Shown here: positions 1 to 13,239 of the stretch, one piece after another
Layout of the letters: each line of letters opens with the position of its first letter
Position numbering within the stretch: position 1 is the stretch's first letter
NCBI GenBank assembly: GCA_002633005.1
Contig: NMRA01000589.1
Coordinates: forward strand, 172,642-236,641
Direction: 5' to 3'
Length of the DNA: 64,000 nucleotides
Origin: Phoronis australis
Taxonomy: Eukaryota > Animalia > Phoronida
Notes under the pieces: model-generated
What the model saw: the letters and a program-made list of their open reading frames with translations, nothing else
Databases searched by the model: none
What the model was told of the DNA's origin: nothing
Position numbers and translations under genes: made by a program

Positions 1-165
1 CATTGCTCCCTTTAGCGGCAATGTTTAAGTTAATGCCCATCCGCAGTATCTGCAATGTATGTGATGCACTTAGTGGGCGCCTTGCGTCTCCCTTGCGAGC
101 CAATTTTTCATGAAAGGCTAATGTTTTCCATTCATTTTCTATACAAAATTCGTGTATAATTTCAG

Positions 166-3100
166 CACACACTAAAGAGGACGTGGCAATCAACGATACC
201 GTCCGTAGCGGTTTCCTCATCAGCCCTCAGTATTCCTCCGCTTACCCACCTGGCTTTCAGTACAGTTGGTTCTTCAACACGTCGGCAGTCAACGGGTCTT
301 ATAGCATATCCTTCTTAATCGTTACGTTGAGGATGGAAAACTGTTGTGACTATATTGAGGTAATACTGAACTTCTGAGACTGGTTCTGTGGCACCGTTGG
401 CCCTACTGAATTTTAACTTCCGAACTTTGTTTAATCCTAAAATTGATTTCAATAATCTGCCTTGTCTTACATTTAGCCTGCGTTCGCGAAAAAGCAAAAT
501 CCATCGTGTATTGCAGGCGAAGAACGTAATCACATTAGCTTTTTGTTATGGGTCTGCGGGAGGCGCTTCTACATTTGTTCATAACACAATTTCAGTTTTA
601 TTCTTCTAAGCTGCAAGTCAAAGGAATACGTGGAAAAATATTTTCTGTTTTTACATAGTCTACTCGTTATATTTCCCGACACTTTGTTGTTAGGTGTTTG
701 ACCTAGATGAAGACGGTAACCGCGTGGCGTCGCGGGGTCGCCTCAGTGGCGCGGACGTGACTCATTACACTATGCAGGACACTACAAGCAGCTTTGTGGA
801 GCTTTACTTCTACAGTGATCCCAGCATTGTGAGCGAAGGGTTCACGCTGGTCTGGGTGGCACGGAGCACGGTACCTACGACAATTTTAACATTCTTCGAC
901 ACCCCGGGCAACACTCCTGGTAAATATATTGCAATTTCTGTGCGGATTGAAAAATAACTGCGTCCATTATAAAAGGGGATAATTCCTTTTATTCCCTGTC
1001 TATTCAAAATTTTTGTGCTTATATCGCCCAGAATAGTACACCTAATTTTGACGCCCTTGTGCTTTCAAACTTGATAGATCTGTAAATAATCCACGCTACA
1101 AGAAGTATTGTACTTTTTACAATTCCTCTAGAAAAGGTGCTACAAAACCGCGTTCTTTCAAAAAGTAACTCAATTTGCCATTATTAGAAGTATACTAAAC
1201 CCAGTATTGGCCCGTTCATATTTACAAAAAAACGAGATTGGCACCCTGCTCTCTAAAACAAAATAATTCTCTAACACTCTAAAACCATAAAAAAGTTCGC
1301 GACAACAGTAGGAAAAGCCCCCCCCCACCACCACCAGAAGCCATAATTTCCTTTTGTGACACAGTGAGTATGTGTGTCTTCATTGAATCCTACTGTAATT
1401 ATGCGCCCACATATTTATATGTGGACGCATTATGCCGTCATCTCCGTCCGTCCGTACGGGCGGCGTCCGTCCGGCGTCGGGTGTCCGGCGTCCGGCGTCC
1501 GCTGCTCTATCTCCAAAACCCTTTGACATACGTTCATGAAATTTGGCACATATGTTCCATTCATGAATGGGACGGCATGTGAGAACTTTTGGACGGATCC
1601 GACTACCGGTGTGCCCCCTAGTGGCAATTTTAGTTTTTTACGCTTACCTTTGTATCTTCAAAAGTCCTGAACGGATTTTCATGAAATTTGGTATGTAGGC
1701 ACCTATTAGTGAGATGACGCTATCCTCCCGTTTTCAGATGGATTNNNNNNNNNNNNNNNNNNNNNNNNNNNNNNNNNNNNNNNNNNNNNNNNNNNNNNNN
1801 NNNNNNNNNNNNNNNNNNNNNNNNNNNNNNNNNNNNNNNNNNNNNNNNNNNNNNNNNNNNNNNNNNNNNNNNNNNNNNNNNNNNNNNNNNNNNNNNNNNN
1901 NNNNNNNNNNNNNNNNNNNNNNNNNNNNNNNNNNNNNNNNNNNNNNNNNNNNNNNNNNNNNNNNNNNNNNNNNNNNNNNNNNNNNNNNNNNNNNNNNNNN
2001 NNNNNNNNNNNNNNNNNNNNNNNNNNNNNNNNNNNNNNNNNNNNNNNNNNNNNNNNNNNNNNNNNNNNNNNNNNNNNNNNNNNNNNNNNNNNNNNNNNNN
2101 NNNNNNNNNNNNNNNNNNNNNNNNNNNNNNNNNNNNNNNNNNNNNNNNNNNNNNNNNNNNNNNNNNNNNNNNNNNNNNNNNNNNNNNNNNNNNNNNNNNN
2201 NNNNNNNNNNNNNNNNNNNNNNNNNNNNNNNNNNNNNNNNNNNNNNNNNNNNNNNNNNNNNNNNNNNNNNNNNNNNNNNNNNNNNNNNNNNNNNNNNNNN
2301 NNNNNNNNNCCCTAGTGGCAATTTTATTTTTTTACGTTTAACTTTGTATCTTCAAAAGTCCTTAACGGATTTTCATGAAATTTGGTATGTAGGCACCTAT
2401 TAGTGCGTTGATGCTATCCTCCCGTTTTCGGATGGATTCGACCTAGTTTGCGACACGCAGTAGCCATTTTTACTGTTTTTTAGTCTGTTTTTTGGCGTCC
2501 ACCCCTCTATCAACCAAACCGCTCTAAGTATGATTGTGAAAATTGGGCATGTATGTTCTTACTATGAAGAGGACGGTTGACGCTGAATTTCCCATGACTT
2601 TGATTACTGTGGCGCCTCCTATTGGCAGTTTTTTTTTGCGCCCATGGCTGTATCTCCCAAACCGTTTGCAGGATCTTTACTAAATTTATGGTGGTAAATT
2701 TGTTTTTAATTCTATGTTTTTGTGGTGCTTTAAGCAACTGATGTATAGGATGTGCTTGTATTATGAAGATCACTCACATTTTGCCCCTAGCCTATTGAGG
2801 AGACAATAACCATGCCTTTCCATTTTGCAAAGCACAACATACTACATATATGCCCTCTACTGGCCACTATATGGTACCAATAAACAACCCTAGAAGTATA
2901 CCGTATACGGTGCAATTGTGGGCGCATTTCAACGCTCTGCGTTGCTCTTGTTAGTCAAGCTAGACGCCAATGGTGCTTTACCAGGGCACAGAAAGACGAT
3001 TGGTTGACATCGCCAAAACAGGGTTTTGCGTTTGTTTAAACTGATCCCAAGCTGTTCTTTCCTTAGAACTAATTTCTGGGCTTGGGAAAACTGAAAATTT

Positions 3101-4326
3101 GTTATTGTTTGGAAGACGCAATAACTTGGCTTGACCCTGCATTTCATATACGTTGAGTGTCAAGCACAAATTGTCATAATTACTTCCTAATTCAACAAAT
3201 ATACCTCCGTCTGTGGAACACCTGTAGAACTGATTCTAGTATCAAGTCACTTTTTTGAAGAAAGCGGATTTGTATCCGATTTATACGTCAACTGCAGTCT
3301 TGTGGAAAATACGTTGGACAAGCGGAGAGCGTGCAGGTTCTACAAGGCATTGATCGTTTTCATGTGCATCAAAAACGTATTTCTGCGAACTCTTGGTTTT
3401 GCATTAGTTGCATTTGCTTAAAACCCATATTTGTCATCTTTATTAACACGGGTCTATTCCACATTAATTTTTGTTTTGTTCCAGAGGCTGTTGCCGCCTG
3501 CGTCATCGTATTCGTTGCTGTTGTCAGTTTGTTAGCACTCATTTGTTACTGCACGAAAACTGACTCGGGACGTATGTCAAGCGTAAAGACTTCTCAATCT
3601 AACAAAAAAGATATCGTCTTGGAAGATGTAGAAGAAGCAGACGGCAAATCACTACCTAATGACAATGTGACAGAAACGGACGAGGGAGGCTCAGAAAAAG
3701 ACAAAGACACAGTTGCTGATGACCAAATGGAATCCCTCGATAAAAGTGACAAAGACACAAAGGGATTGAGTGCTGCTGATGCAGATAGGGGTGACATGAA
3801 CGTAGTGCAATATGAAGTGTTAAACATGTCTGGAACTAATACGCCTGCACCCTTCGCTTACGATACCGTAAACCCAGAACGGCGAAGTGTCGCGTCGCCC
3901 TCTGGTGTTAGTGCTTCTGACGTCACTCCGCTGGATGTGTCCTATAACCCAGACGGTTTGTACAATGAAGAGTCCTATGGGCAACCGTTAAAATTAGCCA
4001 CCGAAGGAGGACTTGATATAACGATTGCGCCAAAGACGGAAGAAGTACAAGTGCCAAAATTACAATCTCCAAGAAAGAAGAGGTTTTCGCTTACGCCAAG
4101 TTCAGAACGGCAGCGAAAATCATTGCTTAACACTAGAAGATTTAGTGTTCCAGCAGATATTGCCGCAAAGACGAGTCGCAATGCGGATGACTTACCTAGA
4201 TACGATATGGATTTTGCGGAGGAAAATGGGACACATGTTGCTCCCTCTAGTGACCAGCTGTATGGAGATGATGGCGTCAGCCATCCAGTTCTAACTCAGT
4301 CAGAAAATGAAGTTTCTTATGTTTGA
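166..4326 (+). CDS. CUB-domain single-pass membrane protein, 3' part (exons 166-359, 694-919, 3485-4326); 5' end outside the window
   Basis: Exons have AG/GT ends and compatible phases (0, then 1). The joined sequence has CUB motifs (ISPQYSSAYP, CCDYIEV, LYFYSDPSIVSEGF), then a TM helix AVAACVIVFVAVVSLLALICYC and an acidic cytoplasmic tail ending EVSYV*. AATAAA at ~4807. An extra exon could lie in the 1745-2309 gap. Confidence 0.8.
1399..2952 (+). mobile_element. Non-autonomous Helentron-associated (HINE/DINE-1-like) element in an intron
   Basis: 5' ATGCGCCCAC with adjacent inverted copy GTGGACGCAT, a (CCGT)-type microsatellite, internal repeated core on both sides of the gap, 3' GTGGGCGCAT (2918-2927) followed by the hairpin CAACGC-TCT-GCGTTG. 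Confidence 0.7.
1745..2309. other. Assembly gap (N run)
   Basis: Run of N seen directly. Confidence 1.
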
Positions 4327-4453
4327 AGCAAGTTACATTGTTCTATCAAAATGCCTAAATTCCCTGTATTGCGATGTCTAAATGAACCTGTAGTTGTGAC
4401 ATTTGTATGCTACATGCACTGCACATGTAACATGCGGACAATGTAGAACTTCA

Positions 4454-4603
4454 GGCCCCAGTTGCATAAAAGTTTTACGCCGTATAGAACAATGACTTCG
4501 CATTATCACGCGCCACGTTGTTATTGTTGAACAATGCACCTGACCTTATGCAACAATTAAACTTATCCAGAAGATAATTTTTAAGTTTTATGCAACCTAG
4601 CCC
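4454..4603. mobile_element. Short MITE with terminal inverted repeats
   Basis: GGCCCCAGTTGCATAAAA ... TTTTATGCAACCTAGCCC imperfect inverted ends. Confidence 0.55.
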
Positions 4604-4958
4604 AGGTGTAAATTTTGCTTATGTGCTGCACCACACTCTGTTAATTTTTGTGAAATGGGGTTTAAAAATCCACCTCGTCAGATTACGTTCTTGTTCTGGA
4701 ATCATAAACAGTATGAAAATACCACAGAGAAAACATACTTCTGTTGCACACCAAAGTGCATTTTTATTGATAATTTGCCAAATAACATGTGAATATAAAG
4801 TATACAAATAAAGCTTAACACGTGAATATAACAAAATAATTTCAATTCATCATGCAATTCTTCCTTAGTCTCCTAAAATGCAAAAAACAGTATTCACCTG
4901 CCACCCCTTGAGCTAAATCTACGTAGATAAAATCAAGGCAGGCCAAACTATCTCCATA

Positions 4959-5334
4959 CCAGGCGTGCGTTTAGTAATGCTTGGACCTACGCTAGGACAC
5001 ATCTAAAATTTAGTCAAGGTCACGTATTCTCATTTACAATACACGGCAATCTCTAACGTAATCTCGCGAAGTCTTGCCTTTTTGGCGAGGTCCTGGCGTT
5101 ACTGCACTGGAGGCTGGTCACGTCAATGCATATTGCGGACTGGTTTGATACGAGTGAACAAGGATCTGCTGCATGAAAGTGACTTGAGAATTACAGAAAT
5201 CTGCCTCCCGTTTAGTAATGCTAGGACCTCGCTAAAAGGCAAGACTTCGCGAGATTACGTGAGATGTTGCTGTTTATTTTAAATGAGAGCACGTGATTTT
5301 GGCTAGGTCCTAAGGTAGCTGAACCCACGCCAGG
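4959..5334. mobile_element. MITE with long imperfect inverted arms; related partial copy at ~40287-40418 in an NRPS intron
   Basis: CGTAATCTCGCGAAGTC / GACTTCGCGAGATTACG are inverted within the element, and the same segment recurs at ~40320. Confidence 0.65.
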
Positions 5335-5559
5335 TCTCTCGCTCCTATCTCGTGATTGACGAATAAAGCCTTGGCCAAGTAATTGCAAGGGCATGATGGA
5401 GTTTAGAGAACTAATTTATAGTTTATCTTGGAAACCAACAGTTACGCGCACTTTTGAGATTAATTATCTTTAGGATTCTGAAATAGTTGCATGGACTTTT
5501 AGAACAAATTTCTGTCTTAAGTAACGTAATTTCTGTCTTATTGACTTCGTGAAACTATG

Positions 5560-5802
5560 ACCGTTCCAGGAAAACTGACTTAGCTAAAACAAATCTTAAA
5601 TTTAAGCCAGTTTTAATATGAAAGTTCCATTTGTCTTAAATCCGTTACAAGAAAGGAGACTTAAGTTAGACTTGAGTTTCTGACTCAGGTTTTATCTTAA
5701 GTTCAACAACTTAAGAGATGTGGAAGTTTCAAATTTAAAAGTTGAGACAAACATTAGACTTAAGTGAAATTTGAACTTAGTCAGTTTCTTGGAACTAGCC
5801 CC
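5560..5802. mobile_element. AT-rich MITE with internal CTTAAG repeats
   Basis: GTTCCAGGAAAACTGACTTAG ... TTAGTCAGTTTCTTGGAAC inverted ends. Confidence 0.55.
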
Positions 5803-6007
5803 AAACCTCTGACCTGGTGGTAAAGGTTGAGTCAAACCAACTGACACATTTATTGAGGTGGAACTACAGGGACATTGAAAGGCGAAGCCAACCACAACAA
5901 TATGTCCATTTGCCGCTCTAAATAATTTTGTGAATTGCGTTCAGTTACCGAACCTCGACCCGTTCTCCAAAAAGTAGTGGCAAAGGTATTATGGATGAAC
6001 AGTACTT

Positions 6008-9000
6008 TTAGATTTCGTCTATTCGACATGTTGGTTTGTTGAATTCGAACACATTCATGTAGCCACATCGTGCCATATGGTTCGTCGACTTGTACGGTGT
6101 TACTCCACCTGCGGTTCCCGAGCATAGGTCGTCTTGGAAAATAGCACTCTCCCAGCCGTCCCCCTGCGTCAAGAAGCAACGGAACTCAAACCAACCATTC
6201 CTCGTCTGATTATAGTCCATTAGGAAGTCAAGCATCCAGTAGTGTTCCCCAAAACTGAAACAATTTCAACAAAGTGAGTGAAATGTAGTAGATTATTAAT
6301 ACCTCTTAATTCTGCTGCTGCCGCTGCCGCTGATGCTGCTGCTGCAGCTGCTGCTGCCGCTGCTGCTGCTGCTGTTACCACTGCAGTAATTAGGCAACGC
6401 ATTTAGCTTTGTCAAGAAAATCATGATTTTGTGATTAGTTATCAAAAATTTTAGATAGCTATCTGGACTTTTCAGTTGCTTTAATTTTGAATATATCCAC
6501 CATCTCCCTCAATTTGTAACATGATTGTCGTCTGATACACACATACACCTGAGTACACGTAATTTCATAATACATACCTGTAACGTTACTATACAATACT
6601 ACCGTGACCAAGACCTGAGTATTAGACAAATAATCAAATGGCTGCATTGATAATTCCACAATACAAAGGTTACGGGCATTAAAAATACTATGCTTGTTTT
6701 TCAATCTGACCTCAAACCAATCTAGTTCAAAAAACTTATTCTGAGCTGAAGCTGTTCATTGTATGGGAGATCAAGTGTTCAAAGTAACAAGAATTAAATA
6801 GTTTCTGAATTTTTGATGATGCACTGGTAAAATGGCCGCCAAAGTTGAATGAACTTCACTTCTTTATAAATTGCCAGTAATTAACACAATATACGTAATG
6901 TCTCTAGTTTATAGTAACTCTTTTTGTGTTCTAAATGGTGGAAATGAAGGAACTGCTTTTTAGAAATGAAGGAACGTAAACACTATTCAGTCACTGAGGC
7001 TGCCGAACAGCTGTCGTTTTACGTCGATTGCATGATATATTAGATTTCATCAGATATGTGAACACATTTGACATCGATTCGCCAATAAAATCAACTATCT
7101 GAATTGTGAACTAATAATGAACACAAGTGAGACGAGACAACTGTCATTTTCGAATCATTAAATAATAGTATTTTGAGACCACATATGTTGATTACCAGAC
7201 AATCGGTTTTACTGCCGGAAACGCACTTTTACAAATTTAGAAGGGGGTAGACTTCTTGAAGTTCTTAGTCGTGATCACAGTTATAAGACAACAAAACCAA
7301 TACTAAATCTAGTCTTGAAGACTGTTTGTCCTATTAAACTTGTTTAAATGATATAAAGTTAGAGTTTGCCAATTATGATGTTTTAAAACTTAACATGGCG
7401 TAAGAAACGTCGATTAAATAGGAGATGTTGGACATAATATTGACGATAACACGTGCAGTTTTTATCGATAGTTTAACGTTAAGCGGATATTTCCTATTGA
7501 CCAGAGATTTAAATGATGATTTGGATTAAAGGTCATTATCTCGGGTAGTAAACCTCGTGATTTGAAATTCCACCGAACGAGTGACCGCCTCTCAGGATAT
7601 TAGTGTAGATAAAACAAACATTATAAACAAGATTTTATTCTGGTGAGCGATTTCGAAGTGATATGAAATCAGTATACATGACGCAACGGTGTTTTATTTA
7701 TATACCGAGTCTTTTGTGAATTGAGGTATAGGGTTCTAGCGCGAACAAAATTTAGGACACGATTCTGGTCTGACATCAGTTTCTTTGAAATTCTTCATGA
7801 AAGCTCAACTTTTGTGGCTGCAGGATCACATTGGTGTAGCAGAATGCCATTCTTGGAACACTTATCCTTTGCAAAATGAAATGGTTTTGACTTGGCAGTT
7901 TGCAAAAAAATGAAGATGTGTATTAGTAATTTTAAATGTTAAAAAGATTTTTAAAAAATTACAGCAAACAATAGGGCCTACAAGGACGTGAAATGTAATT
8001 AGAAAGACTTGAACGGCAGGCTTGCCCGTGATTAACCTCAAACATCAGCCACAATGAGAAGGCAAAATTAATCCAACTGCCCTGTATAGAACATGCATAA
8101 GCCAGATTAAAACTCTGCGTTACTCACGTGTTCAACGGCTGGTATTCCACAACGTCCGTTTTATTGGATGTCCAAGCCCCTGGAGCGCCAACTGCCGGTA
8201 ATCCTTCAAAGCTCCCCTGTCCCCCTTCACATCCGTACCAGTCAAACTTAGTGACGCCCTTTCTCCACGAGTCGTATTTGTTGTAATGCGGTGTAGTGCC
8301 CAAGCTTTCGTATTGGATTGCTATTGACCCGTCTTTTCTCACGTTGTTATTTTGATCACCGTCTGAAAATCACAGTGAAGTCCGTTTTACATAGCCAGAG
8401 GCAAAGCATACGAATACAAGAAAACCCAGTTGACCATGCAAAAGACGTGAATACGCCGCAAATACTGGTGAAGGCTTATTGACAAACAACTTTCATTACT
8501 GCCTTCACGATTCATGTCGAAACATGATGTTGGCGGAACGTTCTAGTTTTTTAAATGTGGTTATCAGTCATTATGTACATTAATTGGCACTAAGCCTAGA
8601 AAGGGTTAGAAAGAATTATCTATGGAACGGCGTCAAAAATATGACATAATTATGTATCAACATATACAACAAAGAATACACATATTTACATATACTCGGC
8701 TGTCTACTGGTTCACCATTTTGCGTCCATCAAGCAGGTGAGATAATGCCGTTTTAGTGTTGGTCACATGTGTTGGGGATTTGGTAAACGACGTACTCATT
8801 CACGGTGTATTCCGATGATTTTATTCATTCACGTTTCCAGTAGCATCTCACCAAAAGAAGCGTGTTTCAGACAAGATGAAAAAAGTGCGATAAATACAAC
8901 TTTAAGGTGTGGATTTTCCAAAGATCACAGAAATAGCACCTTTATCAATACTAATAAAGCTTTTGAGAATTAGTATACGATATCAGCATATCATGAATAT

Positions 9001-12000
9001 CTGTAACCCCGATTTCAATGTGTCATCCAATATGACGGACATTAGTTTTGGGATACGTCAAAAAGCAGTGCTGTAGTGGGGCGTAGGCGCACGTAGGTGC
9101 ACTCAACCACCCTTTGGCATTTGAACGTAGCGCCTACGCACCGTAAGTTACGTTCAGCGGTCAAGGTGGTACGGTGGGCTTTGAGCGCTTACTTACCTCT
9201 TATTTTACCACTACAGCACTGTCAAAACGATAATGACGCCTAATGCCTTTGGGGTGCCTCAGAGCCTCAGGAGATAGGAAAAAAACAGAATCTTACCAGG
9301 ACAGAAAAAAATTAAATAAATTACTCACAATCAGTATTTGTACTAAGTCCCCCTCTGATGAATAAGTCTTGGCCGGGTACGGTCACCTTTTTAATGAACA
9401 GAACAGTCCTCAGCCACATGGCAGGCAGTGGCAAGAGGGGAATTGATGACGAAACTGTGTCTGCAAAAGAAAAAGACAACAAATGCTAATCGGACACATT
9501 TAACTTGACAGAGTCTCGATCAAAAATCGAGCACTTCTGGGAACCTAAATCATGATGGTCACTGTATAACTGAAATATTGGCCCCATGTGTGCTGTATGC
9601 AGCTCACTAATTCAGAGACAAGTACATTATGTTTTGGCGAAAAAGTTCACAAATGTCTATTTGAAAGTCGACCAACACCTGTACACGTAAATCGGTTAGT
9701 TGACAATGGACACGACCAAGCTTTATAGACACCACAAAACTGGTTACAAGATTTTTCATATTTTAAGAGATAATCCGATCACTGCGACGGAGCGATTTAA
9801 ACCAACAAAGTTATAACTATTATAGCTAAAACTAGAGAGTGCGGCTTCTGGTATTTTGTTAAAAATTTAGGTAAAAACGCATTAGAGTTCTCATTCACAA
9901 CAAAGTTATCAACTTCAAAGGGAAACAATATATTTGAGTTGACTTGTCAATCAATTTGAAGAACAGCTGGATCTAGTCATTGGTTTTAACACCTTCTCAT
10001 TTGAAATGAGCTTTTCTCAAATAAATGAGCTTCGAAAAAAGGACTTAAGTTGAATACTTAATAAGGTATTTCCCAGACAATGCCACACTTGCAAATTCAT
10101 TAACCGGTCTATCCTATACATATATATAGGGTATACCACTAGCGTCATTCGTTTGAGTGGTCTATTCTATATATGTATAGGATAGACCGGTTAATGAATT
10201 TGCAAGTGTGGCATTGTCTGGGAAATACCTTATTAAGTATTCAACTTAAGTCCTTTTTTCGAAGCTCATTTATTTGAGAAAAGCTCATTTCAAATGAGAT
10301 GTTTTTTACTTAAATTGAATAATAAACACTAGCGCTGCAAAAGCGCAAGTAGCCACTACGCTAACATTATAATTAGTTAGCCCCACTTGCAGGGCGTCAC
10401 ACCCTGTGTGATCTACTGTACTCTCCCCAAGAATGACCCCTTCGAGCTTGACCAACACCCCACTGACTACTTCTCGAACATGAAGGTAAATAAAACCGTA
10501 ATACGCAACCTAGTTTACTCGAAATAAAACAGAGCCTACGGTCAATTATCGTGTATACTGTCTGCACCGAAGCTACCTTAGAATTTTAGGAAATGTCGCA
10601 ATATCACCAGAGTTCTATTCACTGGCCTCCCTTATTTGGGAAATTTGTGGAGATTGGAGATTCGTGACTTTTGGTTAGTAAGAAATTCTTAAGACTGACA
10701 ACCAGATTGCACGGTGGTCATTTGGTATAAAAACAAACAAAACCTGGGGGACACTAGTGGTCGATCTTAAAAAATACAGCCCTCATGTACGCCAACTAAA
10801 CCAGGCACTTATCATGTTTTCATTCGCACCAATAGTAAACCGTGCTAAAGATTCTCAGCATTATGGAGTGTTGGAATAACTTACACCAGACAAGTTATAT
10901 TTGTGTTGAATCAGTTCCAGGGTAAATAATGTAAACATTTCAATAAGTAACACGTACCCAGCAATATAGATTTCATTTTGTGCCAATTCCATTTGTGCTG
11001 CGATTCCGCGGAATCGTTAGCATGGGTGGTTCAAGATGAAGAAAACATGATCATTGGAATCCACAGATTTATGTTAGTGTATTTTTAGAAGGCGTTCAGC
11101 TTAAGGGACATGGTTTTTCCATCCTCATTCTGAAAACTTTCTTCCTTGTTTCGATTAAAAACAAATTTTAATAACAACTAAATAAGTCAATTTATTCTTA
11201 GTTTTTGATAAAGCCCAAAACGTTTAGAAATAACCCAATAAAGATTAGAAAATCATTTTTATTTCAAATTTATGATGAAAAATTGGCGGCCTCAGCTGGA
11301 CGGCCCTGAACTTAAAAGTGACCCGAAAAAATCACACAACAGCGGTAATTTCATAAATGATGTGTTTCAATTTCAATGATAATGTTGATTGATGAGATCA
11401 ATTTTACGTTGCAAAGTTGACCAGGACAGGTCAACCACAATAACTCACCGACATCGACCACGTCAATGACCTCTTCTACCTCTTGACACGGCTCTAACAT
11501 GATATCTTTGACCCCTGTTTCGTCCAGACTGGTCACTGAATTGCTCGTCTCTTCTGACCGCGTAAGGTCACTCTCGTAGTCTGCGTCATGACGTGTATAG
11601 TCAACATCGTCAAGTCTAACGTGAGTGGCCGGGCCGTGCCAGTGGGATTTGTCCAACTCGATTTCGTGGTGTTGTCGAACGGATTCGAGTTTAATAATGT
11701 TTATTATAAGTTCAGACCTGGAATGAGTAAATGTGACTACAATTAACATTCACGGACTACTTGTCACGACAATGACGACGATAGCGTGAAAGATGAGGAG
11801 GTTTACCGTTTTAATGACAGCGATGATGGTGATGTTGATTGCGACTAAGATGATGATAAGATTTTGATGACGATACCGTATACTATGCAATTCAGCTCGC
11901 ACGGCTAATTTGTGGAGCTGCGCCTAAGTGCGGATCTTAGGCGCGTGTGCCTATATGCAGGGCATTTGAGTAGGAATCAAGTGCTATTTCAACGACGATT

Positions 12001-13239
12001 AAGGCTAAAGGTTTTCTTAAAAATATAGCTGTGTTGTATATTTTTAGTTTTTAACCATTACTCTAACCTCTTTAATCTTCTCAGAGTATACATGACGTCA
12101 CAGACGTTGTGTGAAATGAAATGGTTCGGCAGTGTTTTTTTTTAAATGAAGATGTGCAGTGTCGTGGAGCATCAAATAGACCTAATTGTAGAACATAAGC
12201 ACGTGCACCCATATGCGGGACCTTTGATCGAAAAAATCAAGCGGAAAACCCGCATATAGTAGGCATATGTGCTTATTTGAGGGCTCATACCGTAATAACT
12301 AGGGCTACGATAGTACTGATGACAACGACTATGATGACGAAGACGATGATAGTGAAGATGATGACGATTATGATGACGACGCGGCAGTGACTATGAGGGC
12401 AATCATGGCCATGATGCAGGTGGATAATGAAGACGATGATGAGGAATTTCGATGTTGGTGACAACGACAATGATGAAGACAATTGTGTCACTAGTGACGA
12501 CGACAATTTTGATGATAATGATAGAGTGACGGTGACTGTGATAATAGTGATAATGTTGTTGATGGCCGGTGATGACTGGGTTGTTGAATTCTTCCTTTTG
12601 GAACACAACTGAAACTTATTCTACCGGTATCCCTGACCGCATATCGAACTGAGAAACCAGACGGTTGGTTTCTGGCTCGATTATTTTTTCAATGTCATAT
12701 ACAAGGTCATTGTCCCAGACGTGAAGAGCTTCGAGCTTGGGGGGTATTTATGATGTAAACAGCGCGACAAATACTGTTGAGTTGCGTGAAATTTGGATTC
12801 ACTTATTGATTTCATGCCTTTATATTGAGCTATTGGATGCAGGTCAGCTTTGTAGGTGACAATTTAATCCTACATGAATGGCTACCTATTTGCTTTCTAG
12901 GCATGGGGTTTTCAATTAAAATGGCTTTGCATTATGACAACAAACGGAAGACAAGGCAAAAAGTACATTAGTGGAAAACATTGAATAGCGGCAGCTACAA
13001 TAATGACAATCCTCTTCGCGAGTGTCCTCGAACGTTTTTTGAGGTCACGTCTCAGTTACACGGCTGAAACGATAAATGCTGAGTATATAATCTGCACTGT
13101 GTTAAAACTAAGCGTAAATCAAAAGAACTCACATAAAGGTGTATTTGGTAACAGGTTCTTCAGTCGTATCTTCGGTGGATATCGGAGTGTTTGTATGTTG
13201 GACATTATAGGCTACGCCGGGAACTCCGGGAAAGTCCAT
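6008..13239 (-). CDS. ~329-aa protein: acidic N-terminal region plus an alpha-amylase C-terminal (propeptide-like) domain; exons 13239-13133, 11717-11449, 9460-9329, 8362-8128, 6254-6008
   Basis: All junctions are GT-AG with matching phases (2,1,1,2), total 990 nt. Motifs [67 protein letters not shown] match my recollection of the C-terminal domain of some invertebrate and Pseudoalteromonas alpha-amylases. The first exon is the least certain. Confidence 0.75.
6312..6374. repeat. (GCT/GCC)n microsatellite, intronic
   Basis: Seen directly. Confidence 0.95.
9066..9221. mobile_element. hAT-type MITE
   Basis: 14-bp TIR CAGTGCTGTAGTGG / CCACTACAGCACTG; flanks TCAAAAAG / TCAAAACG match 7 of 8 (8-bp TSD). 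Confidence 0.75.
9995..10299. repeat. Long palindrome (~133-bp arms, ~40-bp spacer), foldback/MITE-like
   Basis: 9995-10127 is the reverse complement of ~10168-10299. Confidence 0.9.
11766..12580. repeat. Degenerate (GAT/GAC)n tract interrupted by a ~420-bp insertion (~11874-12293)
   Basis: GAT/GAC-rich sequence lies on both sides of a non-repetitive block that begins with TACCGTA. Confidence 0.7.

Noticed and set aside
1714-2403. ORFs running through the N gap (also 59589-60233)
   Set aside because: They are open only because of N bases.
6220-6402. Poly-alanine ORF
   Set aside because: Intronic (GCT)n microsatellite.
12285-12612. Hydrophobic or acidic ORFs
   Set aside because: Products of the (GAT/GAC)n microsatellite.
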